A stretch of DNA of 64,000 nt from Paracerasibacillus soli (lineage in GTDB: Bacteria; Bacillota; Bacilli; Bacillales; Amphibacillaceae). The notes under the pieces were generated by a model. That model was not told the DNA's origin. It worked only from the letters and a program-made list of their open reading frames with translations, and made no database searches. The stretch lies in the NCBI RefSeq assembly GCF_034006335.1, contig NZ_JAWDIQ010000001.1; one strand, written 5' to 3'. Made by a program: the position numbers and the translations under genes. Every line of letters starts with the position of its first letter. The first letter of the stretch is position 1. Positions 1-11,141 of this stretch are shown here, piece by piece.

Positions 1-37
1 GGTGTGTCAACTAAAAGATAGGAGTGATTTTTTATTT

Positions 38-2350
38 ATGACAAACGAAGAAAGAAATCGGTTAATAGAACAAGAACGGGTAGATCAAGTAATCGATATT
101 ATACATAAAAAACAACAAAAATTATATGATTCGTCTACAGCGTTACGTGATAGTGTTATCGAACTTAGAAAAACGTTTTGGGAAGATGTAACTGTTAATT
201 TAGATGAACCAGACGATATCATCGAAACCGAAGCTAGTTAAAACAGCAGGCGGAATTATTATCTGAACGAGAGCGTACACATAGGCAGCATTATCGGGAA
301 TTAAAATTATTGGAGGATCTAGAAAGTTCCCCATACTTTGGAAGAATTGATTTTGTTGATGACGAAACGGCAGAAAAGGATAAATTGTATATTGGTATCG
401 CTTCATTAATGGATGAAAAAGATGAAGACTTTTTAATATATGATTGGCGTGCACCTATATCAAGTCTTTATTATGATTATTCTCCTGGGAAAGCTACTTA
501 TGAAACCGTTGATGGAAAGATAACAGGAGAAATGACATTAAAACGCCAATTTATTATCGATAACGGACATATAGATGGAATGTTTGATACGGGTGTTACG
601 ATAGGAGATCGACTTTTACAAGAAGCGTTGGGAAATAATGCGAGTGCAATGATGAAAAGTATTGTTGCAACGATTCAAAGTGAGCAAAATAAAATTATCC
701 GTAACGAAAAGAGTAACTTGATGCTTGTTCAGGGTGCAGCTGGTAGCGGAAAAACATCTGCAGTATTACAACGCGTTGCCTTTCTCATGTATCGTTATCG
801 TGAAACGTTAAATGCTCAAAATATGTTGCTCTTTTCTCCAAATCCACTGTTTTCAGGGTATATTGCGAATGTATTACCAGAATTAGGAGAAGAAAATATT
901 AGGCAAAAAACCTTTTATCATTTTTTAAAAGATAGTATTGAAAAGAAATTAACAGTTGAATCACCTTTTCAGCAAATGGAGTATGTATTAACAAAACAAA
1001 CGGACCAAGATTATGAAGTTCGTATGAATAGTATTGCATATAAATCAACCCTATCTTATAAAGATTTGCTTGATCGATATGTAAATAAGTTGGCAGAAAC
1101 AGGAGTATATTTTAGAAATATCACGTTCCGTAAGCAAATACTTGTTTCTAAAGAAAAAATAACTTCTTATTTTTACTCCTTAGATGAAGATATGATTCTT
1201 CCAAATAAGATGGAAATTGTAGCAAAATGGCTTGTTACAGAATTAGAAAATATTGAAAGAGATGAACGAGAGAAAGATTGGGTAATGGAAGAAGTCGAGT
1301 TGTTAGATAAGGAAGATTATTTACAAGCATATTATAAAAATCAAGCTATTGATGAAGAGAATTTTGGCTTAGAAGAACAGTTATTACGAAAAGAAGTTGT
1401 GAAACGATATTTCGGACCAATGAAAAGAAAGGTGAAGCGGTTTGCATTCGTAAATATTTTGGCCACATATTTTGCCCTGTTTAAAGAGCAAACTGTAACT
1501 CCGGTAGCATTGCAAGATTGGGAAGATATTTGCCAGCTCACAATGACGAGTTTGGCGAATGGTGTCTTAACATGGAAGACGCCACACCGTTTTTATATTT
1601 GCAGGACCAACTATTAGGAAATCATGTAAAGGGGAAATCAAACATTTGTTTATTGATGAGGCACAAGACTACTCTGCCTTTCAATTTGCTTATATTAAAT
1701 ATTTATTTCCATATACACAAATGACATTGTTAGGCGACATGAATCAGACAATTTACCATTATGCAACGAAAAATCATCCATTAATCTCTGAAAATCGTGA
1801 AAGTGTGGAGCGAGTTACATTAACAAAAAGTTATCGTTCAACGACAGAAATCGTAACGTTTACGAAGACATTTGCTCCAAGTAGTGAAATTATCGAGCCG
1901 TTTCACCGCGAAGGAAAGAAACCGCAACTCATTAAATTAGAGAAGTGTGACCCGGTAGATCTTACAATTGTTAATGTAACGAAGAAATTGCTAGAACAAG
2001 GATATGAAACAATTGGAGTCATCAGTAAATCTGCTGCACAAACAGCAAAGCTCTATCATAATTTAAAGGGACAATTACCAGTTAAAATGATTCACGAGGA
2101 AACGTATCAGTTTGACAAAGGGATTTTAATCTTACCTGTTTATTTAGCGAAAGGAATCGAATTTGATGCGGTTATTATTCCGGATGCTTCTGAAAAAAAC
2201 TATTATAATGAAACAGATAGAAATCTTTTTTACACTGCATGCACCCGTGCGATGCATGAACTTGTGATGATAACAACAGAAAAACCATGTTTATTTATAA
2301 ATGAGGCACCACAATCAAGTTACGTTTTGGAATTTAAAATAGATAATTAA
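38..2350 (+). pseudogene. helD: DNA helicase IV / UvrD-like helicase HelD, interrupted by about 3 frameshifts (ORFs 2-241, 310-1617, 1518-1724, 1646-2350)
   Basis: Walker A AAGSGKTS in the middle ORF. The C-terminal piece carries FIDEAQDYS (helicase motif II) and YTACTRAMHEL. The N-terminus MTNEERNRLIEQ begins at the ATG at 38. The reading frame moves 2 to 1 to 3 to 2 at short A and G runs. Confidence 0.6.
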
Positions 2351-2465
2351 TAAGACTTCTAATGTGGAAGTCTTTTATTTTGCATAGTATTCATATTATT
2401 AACTCGAATTTTATAAAAAATATGATACGATTAAAAAAGGACAAACAATTTGGGGAGGATTGTCT

Positions 2466-3233
2466 ATGACGAAAGTAACTGTGAATGGTGTAGAGCTTTT
2501 TTATATGGAAGAAGGACGTGGGGAAGCAATTATTTTTCTTCATGGGCTAACAAGTAATCATCATATGTTGAAACAAGAAATGTATGTATTAAAGCATCAT
2601 TATCGTGTGATTGGTGTAGATGCAAGAGGGCATGGTGAATCTGAGAAGCCAAACCATTACACATTGGAGGACCATATCCAGGATGTTATTTCACTGATGG
2701 ATTATTTACATATTGAAAGAGCTCATTTAATTGGTATGTCGATGGGGACGTATGTTGCACAAGGTGTGGCAATACAAATCCCAGAAAGAATTAAAAAGAT
2801 GGTACTCATTTCGGGTAATACGCATGCGAAAGATTCAGGAACGAGCTTACTTGAAAAACATAAAGAAGAAGTGGAAGGCTTAGCGTTTGATGAACAACTA
2901 GGTAAGTTGTCAGCCTATGTATTTCATCAATTAGATAAGATAGGCCCATGGATGTCTGGTATTCCTGGACGCCTCACGCCAGAACAACAAGAAATTGCGG
3001 CGGATGCCTTAGCAACATTTGATTTTAGGCCTGATTTACATAAAGTAAAAGCTGAAACACTCGTGATTAGTGGCCAATATGATGGTTTAAACCCTCCAGA
3101 AGATGGAAAAGAGATTGCCAATCATATTCCGGGTGCACAATTTATGTTATTTGAACAGTCTGGACATGCACCTAACATTGAGGAACAGGAAAAGTTTCAA
3201 AACGTACTGAGGGAGTTTTTTGATTTAAAATGA
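2466..3233 (+). CDS. alpha/beta-fold hydrolase (enol-lactonase / haloperoxidase-like)
   Basis: HGLTSNHH oxyanion region, the nucleophile elbow GMSMG, and a C-terminal GHAP motif. RBS GGGGAGGA lies 6 nt before the ATG at 2466. Confidence 0.7.
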   Translation: MTKVTVNGVELFYMEEGRGEAIIFLHGLTSNHHMLKQEMYVLKHHYRVIGVDARGHGESEKPNHYTLEDHIQDVISLMDYLHIERAHLIGMSMGTYVAQGVAIQIPERIKKMVLISGNTHAKDSGTSLLEKHKEEVEGLAFDEQLGKLSAYVFHQLDKIGPWMSGIPGRLTPEQQEIAADALATFDFRPDLHKVKAETLVISGQYDGLNPPEDGKEIANHIPGAQFMLFEQSGHAPNIEEQEKFQNVLREFFDLK

Positions 3234-3570
3234 ATAGATTATAATAAAAAAAGCAGCATGCAATTTATAGTACTGAATCCATAAATTTGCGGTTATACAA
3301 TAAATGACGTTGGTAGTCAAATCTCGCCAGCGTCGTTTTCTTGTTTACACGAATTAATTTCATGGGCCAAAAGTAGTTGTTTGAGTATGAATATTAAATG
3401 GCGCGTACATACCGTTGTCCACATGAGTCGGTCACTTTTCATTCCGGACAACTAATAAGATCAAGGTACTTAATCGGGTCGCATATGGCTATCGGAATTT
3501 TAATCATTACAAAAATCGAATAAGAATACATTTCAAGTTGAAACCATTAATCAAAACACCAAACACATCT

Positions 3571-3618
3571 GATAAAAACAAATCACACGCTAGGGCAGTA
3601 TAACTTCCCTAGCGTGTG
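3571..3618 (-). terminator. Rho-independent terminator of prfC (12-bp perfect stem cacacgctaggg / ccctagcgtgtg plus T-run on minus strand)
   Basis: Perfect inverted repeat 3584-3595 / 3607-3618. On the minus strand it is followed by atttgttttt. Confidence 0.6.
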
Positions 3619-3753
3619 ATGACCAAATACATTTTTTGAATTGACTAAAATTCAATACTAACGTCATTTGACGTAGAGCCAAATTTGCTTCTGCTTTTTT
3701 ATTGTGTATTTTTTAGTAATTTTGTTAACTTATAAGCTAGGTAGCCTTAAGTG

Positions 3754-5342
3754 TTATGAATTCAGCTGTTGAAACTGATTCGTGTCAAATAGATCAATGA
3801 GCTCAATTTTTGGGTTTTTCTCTTTAAACCAATTTAAAGCAAATTCATTTTTAAATAGTGCAACATAATTGCCAGCTCTGTCTTTTACTAAAAGGCTTCG
3901 ATCATCAAATAGAGAGCGTTTCACTTGCTCTTCTTTTAACCAGCGAGGAATTCTATCGCCAATTGGTTCTAGCATAATATCTACATTATATTCGTTTTTC
4001 ATCCGATATTGGAATACTTCATACTGTAATACTCCAACAGCACCTAAGATATATTCTTCTGTCTGGTCACGGCGATATAATTGAATTGCACCTTCTTGGA
4101 CGAGTTGCTCGATGCCTTTATGAAACTGCTTTGATTTCATTGCATTTTTAACGGTTACTTTTTCAAATAATTCAGGTGGGAACTGTGGCAATTCATCATA
4201 TTCAAACCGCTCTTTTCCATCAACAAGTGTATCACCAATTTGATATTGATTTGGGTCATATATCCCGATAATATCACCTGGATATGCAACATCAACGGTG
4301 TCTCTTGATGATGCAATAAATTGTTGTGACTGGGACAATTTAACTGTTTTACCTGTTCGAACAAGTTGCACACTCATCCCACGTTCAAATTTACCCGAAC
4401 AAATACGCAAGAAAGCAATACGGTCACGGTGGGCTGGATTCATGTTTGCTTGGATTTTAAAGATAAAGCCCGAAAAACTTTCTGTGTCAGGTGATACAAT
4501 TCCTTCTGTTGTTTTTCTTGGACCAGGTCCTGGGGCCATTGAAATAAAGGCATTAAAAAATGTTTCTAAACCAAATGGCGCCAATGCACTACCGAAAAAG
4601 ACAGGTGTTTGTTCTCCAGCTAGTACTTTATCTAAAGAAAATTCGTCGCCAGCTTCTTCTACAAGGGAAAGCTCATCAAGTGCTGATTGATAGGTGGATT
4701 CGTTGAATAGCGTTTCATTCTCAGGTAACGCCATTTTATCTAAATCAATACTTGTTTCTTCCTCATTTCCATTAAATTTAATGAATTGCTGGTGTTGGCG
4801 ATCAAAGACGCCTAAAAATCTTTTTCCATACCTGCGGGCCACGTCATTGGATACGTTTCAATTTCTAATACTTCCTCAATTTCCTCTAATAGGTCTAATG
4901 GTTCCCGACCTTCACGATCTAATTTGTTAATAAACGTAAAGATTGGAATACCACGCATACGGCATACTTTAAATAATTTAAGTGTTTGTGCTTCAATACC
5001 ACGTGTTGAATCAATAATCATAACAACACTGTCAACAGCAGTTAACGTTCGATACGTATCTTCACTAAAATCTTCGTGTCCAGGCGTATCTAGAATATTT
5101 ACATGGTAACCATTGTATGAAAAATTCATTACACTTGATGTGACGGAAATACCACGTTGTTTTTCAATTTCCATCCAATCTGATGTAGCGAATTTTCCAG
5201 ATTTTTTTCCTTTCACTGTACCTGCAGAACGGATTAAGTTTCCGAAAACAAGTAATCTTTCGGTCATCGTCGTTTTCCCAGCATCAGGGTGGGAAATGAT
5301 TGCAAAGGTTTTGCGTTTAGATACTTCTTCATTTATACTCAT
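3754..5342 (-). pseudogene. prfC: peptide chain release factor 3 (GTPase), one frameshift near 4812-4842
   Basis: N-terminal ORF carries the GTPase motifs [20 protein letters not shown] and NKLD. The C-terminal ORF has the RF3 domain II/III sequence. The two ORFs overlap by 30 nt in different frames. Confidence 0.8.
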
Positions 5343-5800
5343 CAGAAAATCCCCTTTTTATTTTGAAATGGTATGTGTATTATTTTGCGAGGATTTTTAC
5401 ATTGGATAGGACTCCTTTATAACATTTTTTATACGTTAAACGATAGCATAAAAAAAAGCTGTAAGTCAATGTTGAAAGTGTATAGAGAGCCAAGATCGAT
5501 ATGCTAGCATTAATTCCATATATATATGTATAGATTATATGATATATATTGTGTACGTTGTTTTATATCATACATTAGAAATTTTAGAGTAGATAAGAAA
5601 GAAGGGGAAGTTACTTTAAGCAGCTTCGCGAAAGAAGAAGTATCTTGATCTATAGGAGTGCAAAGGTAATAGTACAGTGAGATGGCGGTAACGCAGGCCT
5701 ATGGTACAATCAGTGTTAGATAATGAAAGGCTATTAAGTAGAAATGAGATATTAGTTTGGATGGAAATACCTTTTATCATATTGCACGCATCATGAACAC

Positions 5801-5830
5801 TTGACAGCTCATAAATAAATATTATATAAT
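5801..5830 (+). promoter_or_regulatory. sigma-A type promoter of marR gene (TTGACA-18-TATAAT)
   Basis: ttgaca at 5801-5806 and tataat at 5825-5830. These sit immediately upstream of the operator palindrome and of marR. Confidence 0.5.
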
Positions 5831-5831
5831 T

Positions 5832-5847
5832 ATCTCGAATTCGAGAT
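5832..5847 (+). promoter_or_regulatory. perfect 16-bp palindrome ATCTCGAATTCGAGAT, putative MarR operator
   Basis: Perfect dyad located between the -10 element and the marR RBS. A half-site copy lies at 6358-6370. Confidence 0.5.
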
Positions 5848-5861
5848 AAAGGATGAATGTA

Positions 5862-6317
5862 ATGGAGACTCCAGAATTTTGCACAGAAGATGGAAATTTA
5901 TCTTTGAAGCTATTTGTGGTTTTAACACGCGCGCTACAAAGTGTTGAGGAAAAGGTGATGCAAGATATAAAAGGGCATGGCCTTAACTTAACGGAATTCG
6001 CTGTACTAGAATTACTATATCATAAAGGCGATCAACCAATACAAAAAATCGGTGAAAAAGTATTGCTAGCGAGTAGTAGTATCACGTATGTCGTAGATAA
6101 ACTTGAAAAGAAAGGTTATCTTGCTCGTATAGCATGTCCGAATGATCGACGTGTAACATTTGCCTCAATTACTACTATTGGAATAAATTTAATGGATGAG
6201 ATTTTTCCGAAGCATAAAGAGGCAATCCGTCAAATCATGGGTGGCCTTAATATGGAAGAAAAGCAATTTGTGATAGAGGAATTAAAAAAACTGGGCTATT
6301 ATGCTAAAAATTTATAG
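5862..6317 (+). CDS. MarR family transcriptional regulator
   Basis: Winged-helix MarR signature LTEFAVLELL...SITYVVDKLEKKGYLAR..NDRRV. The ATG at 5862 is 9 nt after AAAGG. Confidence 0.75.
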   Translation: METPEFCTEDGNLSLKLFVVLTRALQSVEEKVMQDIKGHGLNLTEFAVLELLYHKGDQPIQKIGEKVLLASSSITYVVDKLEKKGYLARIACPNDRRVTFASITTIGINLMDEIFPKHKEAIRQIMGGLNMEEKQFVIEELKKLGYYAKNL

Positions 6318-6347
6318 AAAACTTATGCTACATCGTGAGCATATTTT

Positions 6348-6376
6348 TTTACAAAAGTATCTCGAATTCGTAATAT
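6348..6376 (+). promoter_or_regulatory. promoter of quinone reductase gene (TTTACA-17-TAATAT) with embedded MarR half-operator TATCTCGAATTCG
   Basis: The half-palindrome at 6358-6370 lies inside the promoter spacer. Confidence 0.4.
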
Positions 6377-6468
6377 ATGATTTAAAGGTTATTTATGTTT
6401 AGTATTAGTGAATACTGAACATATTAACTTAAGAATGTAACTAAAAAACTTAAAGGAGATAGAACAAT

Positions 6469-7074
6469 ATGGCAAATGTAAAATTAGCTGTAGTTTATTA
6501 CAGTTCAACAGGTACGAATTATCAAATGGCAAAATGGGCAGAAGAAGCTGGTAAAGCTGCTGGTGCTGAAGTACGTGTATTGCGTGCACCTGAACTAGCA
6601 CCTGAGGCTGCAATTGCTTCAAATCCAGCATGGAAAGCGCATTGGGATGCAACTAAAGATGTGATTCCTGAAGCAACATCTGAAGATTTAGAATGGGCTG
6701 ATGCAATTCTATTTAGTGTTGCGACACGTTTCGGTGGAATTGCATCTCAAATGAAACAATACCTTGATATGCAAGGTGGACTTTGGGCAAAAGGTGCGCT
6801 AGTTAATAAAGTAGTAAGTGCCATGTCATCTGCACAAAATAATCACGGTGGGCAAGAGGCAAGCATATTATCTCTTTATACTTCACTTATGCACTGGGGT
6901 GCTATTATTGCAGCGCCAGGTTACTCAGATCCAGTATTATTTACAACAGGTGGAAATCCATATGGTGCGAGTGTGACTGTTGATGGAGAAGGTAACATGG
7001 TAAACGATGTGAAACCTGCAGTTGATGTACAAGTGAAACGTTTAATTGATATTGCAGCACGAATAAAAGGTTAA
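6469..7074 (+). CDS. NAD(P)H:quinone oxidoreductase, WrbA / flavodoxin-like fold
   Basis: N-terminal flavodoxin motif VVYYSSTGTNY and a WrbA-like core. RBS AAAGGAGA is present. Confidence 0.7.
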   Translation: MANVKLAVVYYSSTGTNYQMAKWAEEAGKAAGAEVRVLRAPELAPEAAIASNPAWKAHWDATKDVIPEATSEDLEWADAILFSVATRFGGIASQMKQYLDMQGGLWAKGALVNKVVSAMSSAQNNHGGQEASILSLYTSLMHWGAIIAAPGYSDPVLFTTGGNPYGASVTVDGEGNMVNDVKPAVDVQVKRLIDIAARIKG

Positions 7075-7089
7075 TAAAAGGACGTTGTA

Positions 7090-7135
7090 AAGAAGGGTCT
7101 GACCCCCATAGTAATTTGGGGCAGACCTTTTTGTT
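7090..7135. terminator. hairpin terminator between convergent genes
   Basis: agggtctgaccccca...tggggcagacc followed by tttttgttttg. Confidence 0.5.
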
Positions 7136-7165
7136 TTGTTCAAGGACAGACGTCGTTGATCCATA

Positions 7166-8335
7166 TTACTCTGTCTTTATTCGCTGTAACGACTGATTAG
7201 CTAATTGCATGAGTGTCATATCATCCATAGGTGGATTGTGTAATCCAGCGCGAACATCTCGATAATATCGTTGCAATGGATTCTTTTCAGATAAACTTCT
7301 TGCTCCAACTATACGCATTGCTAAATCGATTACATGAATCGCTTCATTCACGACTTCGTATTTTACCGCACCAAGTTCAGGTTGCATCGTTTCACGAATT
7401 AGCGAATTGCTTTTATCCCATTTATTTGCAACACTATAAAGAAAATGCGTGCATTTTACAAGTTTTAATTCTATTTCACCAAGTTTTTGTTTGACTGTAG
7501 GAATTTCCGATATCGTAGTATTAATGCTATTCGGTGAATAGGATTTCGCAAAGTTAACGGCAACTTCTTGGGCCGCTTTTGCAATGCCTAAATAGCAGGC
7601 TGGTATATGCAGTAACCATCCTTGGGGTGATTTCTTACCTGGTGTTCGTTTATTAACAAAATCACTTTCCGCGATGACAACGTCTTTTAAGATTAAATCG
7701 TGACTACCTGTTGCGCGCATTGCGATTGCATCCCACGTTTCTTCTACTATTACACCAGGTAAATAATGTTGAATTAAAAAGTCTCCAACTTCACCTGTAT
7801 CCTCAATTGTAGCACTAACGTTGAAGTGGGTAAGCATAGGAGCCATCGTTGTAAATGTTTTACGGCCGTTTATCTTCCAACCATTGTTCGTTTTTTTAGC
7901 AGTTGTTTCAGGCTTACCTCCACGAGTAGGACTTCCGGTAGCAGGTTCGGTAGCAGAATTGTTGATGAGAGCCCCGTTATTTAATACGAGATTTGCAAGT
8001 TGGCGATATTTTTTTATCCCCCATATATTGTTTTCACCAAGATTTTTCATAATCCCCATATGCCAACCAATAGATAGGGCAGTAGAACCATCTGCTTTTG
8101 CTATAATTTCTTGATGTTTTAACATTTCATATAAAGAGATTCCCATCCCACCATATTGTTGTGGAATAGTTAGCCCTGTATATTCAATGGCAATGAGATC
8201 TTTCATGTTTTCAAAAGGAAAACTTGCTTGTTTATCATGTTGGTAAGCACGAGATGAGAAGACATGCACCGTTTCTTTCATCAGTTTAATCCGTTGGTCC
8301 ATCGATTTACATGAAGTTAATTTCAAATCATACAT
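7166..8335 (-). CDS. acyl-CoA dehydrogenase family protein
   Basis: 389 aa. Acyl-CoA dehydrogenase middle and C-terminal domain pattern, including RYYRDVRAGLHNPPMDD. Confidence 0.7.
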   Translation of the reverse strand: MYDLKLTSCKSMDQRIKLMKETVHVFSSRAYQHDKQASFPFENMKDLIAIEYTGLTIPQQYGGMGISLYEMLKHQEIIAKADGSTALSIGWHMGIMKNLGENNIWGIKKYRQLANLVLNNGALINNSATEPATGSPTRGGKPETTAKKTNNGWKINGRKTFTTMAPMLTHFNVSATIEDTGEVGDFLIQHYLPGVIVEETWDAIAMRATGSHDLILKDVVIAESDFVNKRTPGKKSPQGWLLHIPACYLGIAKAAQEVAVNFAKSYSPNSINTTISEIPTVKQKLGEIELKLVKCTHFLYSVANKWDKSNSLIRETMQPELGAVKYEVVNEAIHVIDLAMRIVGARSLSEKNPLQRYYRDVRAGLHNPPMDDMTLMQLANQSLQRIKTE

Positions 8336-8573
8336 CCCCTTTGCAAAAATGTTATGATTATGTATGATTATTCCATTGATTCAGAAACTGTTCAAATATA
8401 TTGTTTTTAACGTACTTCCGAAAGAAGTCTCCCTCTTCAATCGTGTGAAGGGCGTAGCCCAACGGTAAGTGGGAGATGAATTTCGGTTGGGTGACAGCCC
8501 AAAGTCTTTTTCTTTTGCCTCTTTGCTCAATATGGTATAATCAGTCATATAAAGTGTTGGAGTTGATATTATA

Positions 8574-8973
8574 ATGGAGTTGGACAGTAATAACCACTCG
8601 GTGTTCTCGATGTATTACCATCTTGTGTTAGTCGTAAAGTATCGAAGGAAAGTAATAGAAGATACTATTTCAGACTATGCTAAAGATAAATTTGTGTCGT
8701 TGAGTGAAAAATATAATATCACATTAGTTGAATGGAACCACGATATTGATCATATTCATATTTTGTTCAAAGCACACCCCAACAGTGAATTATCGAAATT
8801 CATCAATGCCTATAAAAGTGCCAGTTCAAGACTTATCAAGAAGGATTTTCCTCAAGTTCGAAAAAAAGTTATGGAAGGAAATGTTTTGGTCAAGAAGTTT
8901 TTGTTTGTTGACGACTGGTGGTTCACCTATTGAGGTGGTGAAAAAATATATTGAAAGTCAAGGGATAAAGTGA
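8574..8973 (+). pseudogene. tnpA: IS200-like Y1 (HUH) transposase TnpA, frameshift in A7 run near 8863
   Basis: HUH motif HDIDHIHIL and YKSASSR (catalytic Tyr). The C-terminus LLTTGGSPIEVVKKYIESQ continues in the overlapping frame. Confidence 0.75.
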
Positions 8974-8984
8974 GGTGATTTGAT

Positions 8985-10096
8985 ATGGCTAAACAAAATA
9001 AAGCGTACAAGTTCAGGTTATATCCCACAAATGAACAGGCTTTGATTATACGCAAAACTTTCGGATGTGTTCGTTTTGTCTACAATAAGATGTTAGCTGA
9101 ACGAAAAGGGACTTATGAGTTATTAAAAGATGATAAAGATGCCTTAAAAAAGGTGAAGCACCCTACTCCTGCCAAATATAAAAAGGATTATGAGTGGCTA
9201 AAGGAAGTAGATTCATTAGCGCTAGCGAACGCACAACTAAACTTGGATAAAGCATATAAAGCATTCTTCAAAAGGAATGCCAAGTTCCCGAAATTCAAAA
9301 GTAAACGACACAAGCAAAGCTATACAACAAATCTTGTAAACGGTAATATTCAGTTGTTGGATGGTCATATCAAATTACCTAAACTAAAAACAGTCAAAGT
9401 CAAACAACATAGAAAGATACCATCAGAACACAAAATTAAATCTTGTACCCTATCTATGACTTCATCGGGAAATACTATATTTCTATTCTTACAGAATACG
9501 AGAAGGAGATAGAAAGCAAAAAAATTGAAAAAGTAGTCGGGTTAGATTTTGCGATGGATGGGTTGTTTGTCGATAGCGAGGGTGAGAAAGCCAATTACCC
9601 TAAATTTTATCGACAAATGCTTGCTAAATTAGCAATTGAACAACGTAAACTTTCTCGTAAAAAGAAAGGCTCTTCTAATTGGGATAAACAACGTATTCGA
9701 GTAGCTAAAATTCAAGAAAAGGTCGTAAATCAACGGAAGAACTTTCTTCATCATAAGTCAAAGGAATTAGTAACTAACTATGATGCTGTTGTGATTGAAG
9801 ATTTAGATATGAAAGCTATGTCACAAGCACTAAATTTTGGTAAAAGCGTAGCTGATAATGGATGGGGTATGTTCACCTCTTTCTTACAGTACAAACTGAA
9901 AGAACAAGGGAAACAACTTATCAAAATCGACAAGTGGTTTCCATCTACAAAAAGCTGTTCAGCATGCGGTTCGATAAAAGAAGTTAAATTATCAGAACGT
10001 ACCTATCAATGCCCTTGTGGACTAAATATTGATAGAGATTACAATTCAGCACTCAATATCAAAAAAGAAGGCATTCGCTTATTAGCAAGTGCCTAA
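8985..10096 (+). pseudogene. tnpB: TnpB (OrfB) RNA-guided endonuclease, IS605 family, one frameshift near 9470 (G-run)
   Basis: N-terminal OrfB_IS605 domain YKFRLYPTNEQ. RuvC-like EDLD motif. C-terminal zinc finger CSACG...CPCG. Confidence 0.75.
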
Positions 10097-10099
10097 TGA

Positions 10100-10230
10100 A
10101 AATATAAACTCGTGGAACAAGAGGGTTAGCTTGGTCCATTTCGCCAGCTACTAAAAGTGTCGATTACCCAAGAAGCCCCCACTTCAAGCGATCCGTAAGG
10201 GTGGTAAGTGGTGGGAGTAGTTCACTCTAA
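10100..10230 (+). other. IS605 right-end structured region immediately 3' of tnpB, candidate omega-RNA / transposon-end hairpins
   Basis: GC-richer than the surroundings and contains several short stems. In IS605 elements this is the position of the TnpB guide RNA scaffold. Confidence 0.3.
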
Positions 10231-10911
10231 ATAATAACTTCTTAGAGGGATTAAGTTTTCATCTAATTCATAAACGAATGGAACTGTGTTTGGTATATTA
10301 AAATTAGCAATTTCGTCATCCGTTTTTTTATCTAAATATTGAACAAGTGCTCGAATTGTGTTGCCGTGTGCCGCAACAATGATATGTTTGTTATGATTTA
10401 ACTGTGGCACAATTTCGTGATGCCAGTACTGCAAAACTCGTTTTTCCGTATCGATTAAATTTTCAGTGTAAGGAAGTAATGTTTTGTCCATATTTTGGTA
10501 TTTTGGGTCTTGAACAAGAGCTTCAAATGTAGACTCATCTAATTTTGGAGGACGGACATGTGCAGATCGACGCCATTCATGTACTTGTTTCTCCCCATAT
10601 TTTGTTGTGATGTCGGCTTTACTTTTCCCTTGTAAGTCACCATAATGTCGTTCATTTAACCGCCATGTTTTGTATAGGGGAATCCACATCAAATCCATCT
10701 CATGTAAAATAATCCATAATGTACGTATAGCGCGTTTTAGTACTGATGTATAACCAATATCAAAAGTTAACCCGTGCTTACTTAATATTTTCCCAGCTTC
10801 CCTTGCTTGATTATAACCTTCATCTGTTAAATCAACGTCCAACCAACCAGTAAAACGGTTTTCGAGATTAAATTTACTTTGACCATGGCGTATAAAAACT
10901 ATTTTCTTCAT
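10222..10911 (-). CDS. gpmA: 2,3-bisphosphoglycerate-dependent phosphoglycerate mutase (histidine phosphatase family)
   Basis: RHGQSKFN...FTGW catalytic-His motif and the dPGM core. Confidence 0.7.
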   Translation of the reverse strand: MKKIVFIRHGQSKFNLENRFTGWLDVDLTDEGYNQAREAGKILSKHGLTFDIGYTSVLKRAIRTLWIILHEMDLMWIPLYKTWRLNERHYGDLQGKSKADITTKYGEKQVHEWRRSAHVRPPKLDESTFEALVQDPKYQNMDKTLLPYTENLIDTEKRVLQYWHHEIVPQLNHNKHIIVAAHGNTIRALVQYLDKKTDDEIANFNIPNTVPFVYELDENLIPLRSYYLE

Positions 10912-11141
10912 GCGGTACCTCCATTTTCAATTCTTACTGATATTATTTGCCTTAAGTGAATCCGCTAAAACATTTTCTATAATAGAATCTCCTATACAGA
11001 AGATAAGGAACTTTTACCAAGGTTATATATGGTATTAGGAAGAAACTTATTGCAATTTCTGTTATGATTAAAGATATGTAGAATGGCTCTGTTACACATT
11101 CGGTAACTGAACTTTTATTCGGCTATAAGAGGGGAAAAATC

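Larger units (their letters stand above)
8395..10230 (+). mobile_element. IS200/IS605-family insertion sequence (tnpA + tnpB) with structured left and right ends
   Basis: A Y1 transposase and a TnpB sit adjacent on the same strand. Subterminal motif GGTAAGTGGG occurs near both ends (8496 and 10210). The element lies between the start of the acyl-CoA DH gene and the 3' end of gpmA. Boundaries are approximate. Confidence 0.6.
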
